Of a DNA stretch of 64,000 nucleotides, positions 53,696 through 64,000 are shown piece by piece. A model generated the notes under the pieces. That model saw only the letters and a list, made by a program, of their open reading frames with translations, did not search any database and had not been told where the DNA came from. The stretch comes from the human T2T-CHM13v2.0 reference genome, Homo sapiens: assembly GCF_009914755.1 (NCBI RefSeq), contig NC_060938.1; one strand, 5' to 3'. The translations under genes and the position numbers were made by a program. Positions within the stretch are counted from its first letter, which is position 1. The number at the start of each line of letters is the position of its first letter.

Positions 53696-56487
53696 CTATA
53701 ATTTCTAGTAAGACATAGTTTTATTTGATGCTAGTACACCACCAATTACGGCATTTAAATCCACACTGGGTTTGCTGATAGTGGGGATGGTAGCAGTCAA
53801 ATGGAAGAACATTTTAATGTCTCTACAATGCAGGTGCAATAGTCTACCACCTGTCATGTGGTTACTTTTTGCAATCGATATCATTATTAAGTTTGGAAGC
53901 TGGTTGTTATTAACAGGCATGCATCCTCTTCAGCTGGATCACGTTGTTTTCTTTCTGTACACTTTGTGGTAGTTAATAGTCTCAAAGCAATTCACTCACT
54001 ACGGTCTGTATTAGCATTATTTTCCTTTCTATTTATGTCTTTCCTTGCTTAATAAATGCAGAAGTTCAGACATTTGATGAGGGGGGAAATATACTTTTTC
54101 AGTCCTTGACTGCATGATTTAATTGGTTTCAGGACAGTTATTTGGCAAGTAGTATCAATGGGTACTGGCATTCCTGTGGTCTGCTGCCAATCTCTATTCT
54201 GTTTGGACTAGTGTCTGTTTTGACTGGTAGGCCTCAGCTATCCTATTGCTAAGTATTTTACATAACTGCCCTCATTAGTTGGAATATAGCATGCTTTACT
54301 AGTGTATCTGAAGTAAGGAGGAAGCAGGAAGTGAGCTGTTTTGTAATGGAGGCCAATTATATCTAACAGCAACTGTGTCTATAAGACTGTAGCCTATTGG
54401 ATGGGAAGTTATATTATGAAAACATGATGAATCTTTTAAATTCTGAGTCCAATGCTGTCTACATCTAAATTTAAATCCTGGCTCATACTAACCTTGGTCC
54501 TTGGGCATGTATATGCTTCAATTTTCTCATCTGTACATGGGTTAATAACAACACTCACCTCAACAGTAACCATACTGCACAGTGCCTGACACATATAAAG
54601 TGCTCAATAAATGCCAGCTACTTTCTGAAAATATATGGAATTAGTGTGCAAAAAGTTGGGCTATATAACTCAAATCTCCTTTGTATCTTGGATAAGACCA
54701 CTTCTCTCTCGGGCTTGTTTCTTATAGTCAAAAGCGCAGGAATTTAGTTGATCTCCCAAGTTACTTTGGACCTTAAATTCTGTTTTATGGTTGTTCATTT
54801 TCTATGTAGTTTAGATTTGGTTCATTGGACTGATTTGTGTTCTGTGTGCTTTTAAAATTCAGGAAGATGTGACTAGGATAGATAAAGCAAACATATAAAC
54901 ACTCAGTTTCATTGACTTAAGTATAAAGACTAACATGTTTCTCATTAGTTATAATAACCTTAAACTTGATATGTTAGGGAAGCAACCTGCATAACCATTA
55001 AAATCAGGAGCTACAGAATCACAAAGAACTGTGACTTTGTATCTGTGTGATATTATTTAATGTCCCTAAGCCTCAGTTTCCTCATATATGAAATGAGGTA
55101 CTAATACTTTTAAGGATTTGATGAGATAATTTATATCATCTTCACTTCAGTGGTTGGCATATATTCAAACCCATTATGGCTGAAAAATTACAAATGAATA
55201 GAAAGAGAAGCAAGTGAAAACAAAACTCATTAGTTCAACCACTTCTCCCTCAAAACAAGGAAATACAAACTATATTACTAAGTAGACTATTAATAAAACA
55301 CTTTATTTAAGTCAAAATTATCAAAGATAGAGTGTCGTACAATAAAAATTGTATAAAAAATTGTTTATTAAAATATTAAATATTTTATGTTTTCAAGCCA
55401 TTATATAACAGCTATTAAACCCTAATATTTGACAGAGAAAGAATTATGAGAATAGCTAGAAAATATTAAATAATAAATGTGGTTTATTTTTGATGGAATA
55501 GAACAGATTTTAACCCTGATCCCTGCCACTTTTATCTGAACCTTGAACAAACATACAATTATGGTTTAAAAAAAAGAAAGATGAAAACTTTTTAGAATAA
55601 TTAGGAAATTCTTCTTTCCCAGACCTTCAATACTTTTATAAAACCACTACTTAGCAGCTAACAATGAAATGTTCATTTCAAAATGTTTAGTCTTTAAAGC
55701 GGTTACCTAAGAATATCTGCCAGTGAACACTAGCTTTATTTCATCACATCATACACCTGAATGTAATCAACATTGCTTTATTAAAGATGTTTATATAATT
55801 TTTATATAATACACACTTCCAATAATTGATAATAGTCTAATGATTGATATTTTAAATTAATGGCTTGTAATTGTGTAATTGGAAAGTGGTCCTTGGGACT
55901 CAGATTAAGGTATCATTACCTGTTCTTTCATAAGCTGTTATTTATGCTTCTCATTAATTAGTTCTTTGTTATGAAATCTTTAAAAGTTCATTAATTCTGT
56001 AAAGGGAATTTAATAAAATGCAAGCAGATTAGTAAAATAATTTGTTTTAAAGTTAGTTTTAAATATTATGCTACCTCTATAAAGGACCAAAATAGTATTT
56101 TTAAAAGAATTTATCAAAGTAACTATAATAAAAGTATTTAATGGTATTTGTATTGCAAACATTGAAATTCTACCTGGCAGTTTAAAGAACATCACTAACA
56201 TTGCCTAAATGTAGGAAAATCAAAGGTGAAGTCACCTGCAGAAAAAAAAAAAAAAAAAAACATTCTTATTAATCTTAACTAATTTTCTTTAGTGACAGAA
56301 ATTCAAACTTCGAGACATGTTTGAAACATTTTATTTCAGTAAATATAGCTGTCACTATTGAAGTAATTACTCTAAAGGAAATCTGTTTTAAAAAGCCAGT
56401 ATAAACTGAAAAGTAAGCAACAAAACATCTTCAGGAAAAGAAAAAGAAAGGCAAATAAAATGTTTATATGAAATTACGAACATTCTG

Positions 56488-56907
<420 letters not shown>

Positions 56908-57999
56908 TTAGGGAAAAACTAGCAACATGTTTTGTGGAGATAAATGTAAACACATTTTACACATACAAATCTTTTCTGGCATGGGTACAAATGTAACTAA
57001 TCAAGTGTAATTTATAAACTATAAAAAATTTTCATCTAGACAAAGAAGTTATTAAAAGCATTAACAAGTAGTTGAAAATATTATCCCTCTAAGTATTAGA
57101 AAGTTAAACTGCAGTAATTAAAAGTCATATAAGAATCACCATGGCATAGACATGGTAGGAAAAGCATTAGCTTTGGCGTTCAAATATTGACTCATTCACT
57201 TACCAGCTGTGTTCTCCAGTCAAAAAACTTCACCTCTTTAATGTTTGGTTTCATATTTTTTAAAAGGTATAACAAAAACACCTACCACAGTGTTGGTGTG
57301 AAGACTCATTTAAAGTTACTAGCACAGTGTCTAGTATATACAGTTGCTTTGTTACATTAACTCCATTCAATATTCTTTCTTTCCACAATCGTCTGTCACT
57401 CCCGGTAGAACTAAGTGATTTTCCATGCTCCTGCAATGACAGCAAATTTCCCCCAGTCTGCTCTTCCATGAATATCTCAGACAGAGAAGGGTGCCTTCTC
57501 ATGTGATCAGGAGTGATGTAGCTTTGAGGGTGGACCCACCATTCCTGCCATATTCCTTGGGTAGGCTCATCTATCACTTGTCTTAAAGGAAGATTTGAAA
57601 CATAATAGTTTCCTTTGCGCTTCTGTGGATGTCTCTGAAAAAGCTGGCAGGGCACACACTCTTGCAAATTTTTCATGTTGTAATCACCCACCAGTGGTAA
57701 TAATAGGGTTAATTATATGAACCCATATAGTAGTGTCATTTAAAGGGAATTTAAATTCTCTCTTGTCCTTACTCTGCTCCACCATCCTCCACTGTGCTTG
57801 AAATGCCTATCATTATCCTTATTCTTTTGATACCAGGCATCACTACAAAATGTATACACATTACCTAGATTTTCAAGAAGTGAAATGTTTAGTAACCATT
57901 ATGATGGAAGCTGGGACTAGGTGACTTATTCTAAATGTAACAATTACCGGTAGAGAATGGGATAAAGGACAACTGAGTGTGGATAGAGAAAGGAGAAAT

Positions 58000-58439
58000 G
58001 GAAGAGTTTGGAGCACGGGCCATTGCGATGGACAGACGCCACCGCAGAGAGCAAGGTTTACCTGTGTGGTTGGCATTCTTGGAAGTGCTCTGGTTCTATT
58101 GGCAGAGATCCTTGCTGTTAGCCTCTTGCCTTTCGCCCAGGCTGAAGACAGAGTGCTTTCCCATGGTTCTGTCTTTTTCTCCAGGCAACACTTCCTGATG
58201 ACTGATCAATATTGGGGTAGGAAGTCTTAGACATCTTACTCCAGCTCAGATCAGCTCTGATGGGCTGCAGGCTCAGTTTAGGCTTCCCTTGAGATTTCAT
58301 CATGGCTTTACTTCTCCCTCTACCAGTCCTGGTTCTTCATAGCCTTCCACAGGTGTCAGCTGCAAAAACCCTCCCAAGTAAGCCTCTTGTATGCTACTCT
58401 GTCTCAGAGTCCATTTCCTTGGGAACCCAACCTGCTACA
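58000..58439 (+). mobile_element. ERVL-family solo LTR (LTR16-like); 5' boundary uncertain
   Basis: The 3' end tctcagagtccatttccttgggaacccaacctgctaca resembles the LTR16 terminus. Confidence 0.55.
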
Positions 58440-59619
58440 GCCTACTTCACACTTCTTCTCAAGGCTGTCTTGAATTCCTCCAACAATAGACCCGTTATTA
58501 TGTGAAAGTGTGAGGCTGGGCCCAAGGGATTTCTTTACTTATTGAGCAGAGCGAAGTAACATTAATTTGTGTTATAACCACTGAATGTTCTAATTCCATG
58601 AATTTAAATGACGCACCTGAACATATATGAGGCCTAGATTTTGCTGCATGTCCGCAAACCTATTTTGATCAACCAGTACTGAACTTTTCCCCTTCTCTTA
58701 TGATTGTCAAATAACCTTGTTATATGCTAAAAATAAAAGATTAAAAAACATACAGTGCAAAAAAGCAAACAAAAGTTAGCTAATAATCAATTCTTTGAAC
58801 GAAGCCCAGTGAAACCAAGTTTATCAACTCTATCTGAAAATAAAAATGTCCAAGAAAATGACAATCAAAACGATTAGTGCATTAGGATAAGTGTCGTCTC
58901 TTGTAGATAGATAAAAACTAAACTGAAACCAAAAGAATTTCCAGAGCAGGCAGTCTCTATTCTGTAACAAGGTTTTCTCATGATCCAGTTATTTTAAGGA
59001 TACCTGCAGGATCCCACAGGTTTTCTCAGGGATTTGCTGGAAGCTGGGAAAGTGATGACTCTCATTCACTGTTGCCCTGTTTCCTTTTCCTTGACAAATT
59101 CAGTTAACCGGATGGCAAGTTGTTTATGAGCATGCCTTCTCGTTAAGTTGACAAAATCTTGACAGGAGTAAAAGATAATCGAATTCTCTTTGTGAAGTGA
59201 TTTATGGTTTTAAAATAAGCAGCTTTTCTTGAAAGTAGTTTACCGGGTTGGGCAAAAAGAGGATGAGTATTAAAGGTCATTAGGCATTCAAGGTACCACA
59301 TTTACTTTCTACAATGCAAGTAGAAGAAGGGGCCCCACCAGTCATTCTGAGACGTGTTTCCATTTTCTGCTACTTTTTAGTGAGCCCAAATGATGGTAGC
59401 AATGATTGATTTATCTCAATCTTCTTGTATAGCTGCTGAATTTTCTCTCATGAGTTTGGCTAAAATTAGAGTGTGTGTTAGTAGAATTTATATTTATAGA
59501 CTATTGATATTATTATGTGCATTACCCATTTTAAAGATGGAAACACTGAAGCCCCCAGAAAGGACTGGCTAAGCTCTTACAATAAGTGATGGAATGAGCT
59601 TTGAAAACACAGGGCTTAG

Positions 59620-59992
<373 letters not shown>

Positions 59993-62717
59993 CACTAGCA
60001 GAAATTCTTAACAGTTATTGTTATCTAACTACTTGACTAGTGTAGATTCTGCTGTGAGCTTGTGGTGGTTCCTTCTGCAGATAAAGCAAAGGAAATCTGG
60101 AAATGGCCAACCTGAATACTTTATTTCCAAAACTGTATATTTTATCAGGACAGTAAGGCAATCAGTGGAGTAATGATCCTTCCAAACTGCTGACTACATC
60201 TAGAATCATGCAATTATTAGTTTTTAATAAAGATCGTGACCAAGCTTTCCTTGGGAAGTAAACTTTGGTCACCACAATATACATAGCAAGTATTAAATAT
60301 CTTGAGAGGTTTTCTTTAATTGTTTAATTCATAGGAAAGCCACTGGGAGCCTTCTGGGAGCCAGAAGCAAATTAGGAGACACAGAATTATTTAATAATAA
60401 TGGTAATAATGACTAAGTTCTCTCATCAAGGTCTGTACCATGATTGAACTACTTGCTGCCATAAATTTTTTACTATTGAATAAATATGCTTTGTGAATAT
60501 TCCATACATTTGCTAAGTTCTCACTGGTCAGGTTCAGTCTTTGCTATTAGAGTCGAGCATCTCTGCAAAGAGATTTGAGCCCCTTGAGTAGAACATAGGC
60601 CACATAGTGTGGCAAACACATCATTAGAAACTGCCTCCTATTCACTCTCTTAAATAGCTTGAGAGAATTGTACACAAACGTTTCTAAAATACAGATCCTA
60701 CCTTAGGCTTTTCGGCTGCACAGCTGAATCGCCTCTGTGAAAATCCTGACCTCGCTTTCTTCTGGCCTTTCTTCCCCGTGACCTTGGGCAAGTTGCTTAA
60801 ACTGTAGCCATAATTTCCTCATAGATTTGGTATGAGTTAAAATGCATAGAAAGCATGTACTACATCTAGTGCATTTCTCCATAATGTGGGTGGCAATTAT
60901 TCTAATCCCTTCCACAAAGTATTTAGTCTATGACTTATTTCTGCGAAAACCCACGAAAGTGAAAACTAACAATAGAGAAGGCTTTTAAAAACCTAACAGC
61001 CTCCAAAGACTAAAGAAGAGAGCATGGTGTTTAATGCCAGGGTGGAAAGCTGTGACAGTCAGCTTTTTCCCTGGATATGGCTTATTGGTATTCATTATTC
61101 CCAATTCCTTCTATATGCCTTCCTTTCTGGATAGAATCGATCACATTTGCTGGACTCCATTATGTTTGGATTCTATGTATAAATTAGGTTCTACCAATTA
61201 CAGGCACGTGTGCAGGATTTTCAAGGTAGAAGTGAAGTGGAAACTCTCTTCTTACTAATGTCAGTCTTGGGCCCAAGAGGCCATCAGGCACGGTGCCCAT
61301 AATCAGTGTTTTAGTGTCTGGTCACTATCTTCAGTGGAGTCAGGTGATGTGAATAGCAGCAGGAGAGACCTGATTTCTGGATAAGGACTACAGTAGTACG
61401 TCCTTGGACGCAACAGTTTAAGAGGTAGTTCCTGATTTATTCCCCTCCCCTTTCCAATTCATTCCCTGATTTTGTGCACACCTAATACTTATATTAAATA
61501 CCTCTCCTGCTTTGAATAAATGGAATAATTTCTGTTTCCTGCATTTTATCTTGTTGGATTAAGTATTTGATAATAAAACTGATTGTGGGTCTACTTACCT
61601 AAGGGTATAAATTTGATATTGGTTACCTAAACTGTCTGAATTTGAAAGTAGAGACAATCTTATTCATGCATAATGGATCACTGATAATTTTTGGCTTGCA
61701 ATGAGAAAAAAAAATCAGCAGCTGAAATTATTACCTGAGATCACCTGGAATGAAGAGCCTATTAAAGCCAAGGCTTTGGTGACCAATGTGATTGCTTCAG
61801 AATTTTATGATGAGAATGTAAATATAATAATTGTGAGGTAGGCTGAAGCATGTATAGAAAGAAAACAACAAATTCAGAGTTTTAAATAACTGGCTCAAGG
61901 CAAGTCAGAGGTCCAAGGAGCATCTATGATTATCTCCGACACTATTTTATTTCTTACAGTTTCAAGGTTGCTGTTGACAAAAAAAAAAAAAAAAAAAGAA
62001 AGAAAGAAAAAAATGGCACACAGTGTCTGATCTTGTTTATTGCTGAAATATAATTTCAGTTGAATCACACCCTCATCAGGTCTTCTCTGTGAAAATTAGG
62101 GCATTGAGTGAGAAATATCAGAAACCCAGAGCATTATAATGGGAATGTTAGGTAGGTTTAAATTATTCTGACTATACTGAACCCCCAAGTCCGATGAGCC
62201 TTCTTTGCCAGTAGAACTCCTTCATCTCTGTTATATAAGGTTGATTCTGCCTTTGTGGGGAGAACTAACTTACCTGAGGTAACTAATGTAAAATAGCTTG
62301 TTCTGATCACCTCACTGCCTCCAAGTCTAGAGTTAGAGCTCGTTCCCAGTGTCTCAGTAGGGCTTAAATATGAAGTATAAACTGGGAAGAAAAGGCTAAA
62401 ATAACAACAAAAAAACGGCAATAGTTTGTTATTTTTTATCAGGAGAAATCTGCGGACTATGTATGGCAACAGACTCAAAGGGAGGTACACCAGGTAGGAA
62501 AAATCATAACCAGATTGGGCCATATTAGCCAATATGGGTACATATACTAGAGCCTGCATGCAATGAGCTTACCCAACCAGCTCAGAGTGATTATAATTGT
62601 TTTGCTTTCTGGATTGGTTGACTGAAATCTGGACTCAATGGTGAGTCACACTAATTGAAGTTGAGATGGAAGAAATTCCTTGGCATATTGTAGAATCTGA
62701 AATATAGGTTGTATATT

Positions 62718-63051
62718 TATTAGTCAGTTTGGACTGCTGTAACAAAAATACCATAGACTGAGTGGCTTAAACAATAAACATTTATTACTTCCAATTCTTG
62801 AGGCTGTGAAGCCCAAGATCAAGTTGCCTGCAGATCTGGTGTCTGGTGATGCTCCTCTTTTTGAGTTGTAAACAACTGCCCTCAGAAGGCTCTCTCCTGT
62901 CTCTTTTTATTAGGTCATTATTCTCAACATGAGGGCTCCACCCTTATGGATTAATTGCCTCCCAAAGGCCTCATCTTCAAACACTATTCCACTCGGGGCT
63001 AGGATGTCAACATATGAAATTTAGGGGCACATAAATATACAGTCCATAACA
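62718..63051 (-). mobile_element. MaLR solo LTR (MLT1A-like)
   Basis: ttagtcagtttggactgctgtaacaaaaataccatagactgagtggcttaaacaa...cagatctggtgtctggtga...caacatatgaaatttagggg...cagtccataaca. Confidence 0.88.
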
Positions 63052-63103
63052 GGGAGATAGGAACATTGGAGTAACCCATCATATGATTCACTTTAATGTC
63101 TAA

Positions 63104-63526
<423 letters not shown>

Positions 63527-64000
63527 AGAGGGTGTTTCTTTAAGGCATTTATTAATGCATTGATGAGGACTCTCCTCTTTTAGATAGAGATGAAAGTGTA
63601 GATGCTGCCCACAAAATGTGCTCCCTGTTTAAGTGGGGTTGGTGGAATCCTGGAGTGACAGAGAACAAACGACAACATTTAGTCCAGTTGCAGCAGAGTG
63701 GTTGTGGTTTTTATTATAAGCATTAAAAGTATAGTAGTAGGAAACTGTGTTTAACCTGTTTTCAAGAATGGATAATTGCTCATTATAGCTTCATGAATAA
63801 TATAGATGTTCAGCCAACTTAAGTTGTACCTGAATTGTGCAAATGAAGGAAAGATGCAGGTTTGGCAAATTGAAGCCAGACTAATTATCACAATGTAGTA
63901 TCATTAACACTCACACAATTCCCAGATTCAAGGTGCAGCAGTGGATATTTCTAAGACGTCCTCATTTAACTTGATTTTTTTTTTTAATCTATGAAGTAGT

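Noticed and set aside
57260-57691. 143-aa minus-strand ORF
   Set aside because: It has a non-ATG start, its C-terminus runs into a MIR, and it has no recognisable protein features.

Overview
This is primate, almost certainly human, genomic DNA: AT-rich, CpG-depleted, and dense in Alu, L1, L2, MIR, LTR and MER fossils. It covers the 3' part of the FLRT2 locus on the + strand. Bases 1-40975 are the distal part of a long 5'-UTR intron. The terminal exon starts at 40976 and carries 376 nt of 5' UTR with one short uORF, then the whole intronless 660-aa FLRT2 CDS (41352-43334). The 3' UTR runs at least to a candidate poly(A) site near 47760 and may extend further. All other ORFs in the track look like Alu-, L1- or microsatellite-derived or chance ORFs. 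I see no evidence of a novel protein-coding or defence-type system. The best leads are regulatory or structural: (1) a second strong splice acceptor 2 nt before the FLRT2 ATG that would skip the uORF; (2) a CTCF-like motif, paired AP-1 sites and a Z-DNA-prone repeat clustered at 31.5 kb; (3) a closely spaced inverted Alu pair downstream of the CDS; (4) an old diverged local duplication (49.7 kb and 51.5 kb); (5) a CpG-retaining unique intronic segment with a candidate micro-exon; (6) a nested ERVL/MaLR/Alu stack at the window end. Repeat subfamily names and boundaries were assigned by eye and need RepeatMasker/Dfam confirmation.
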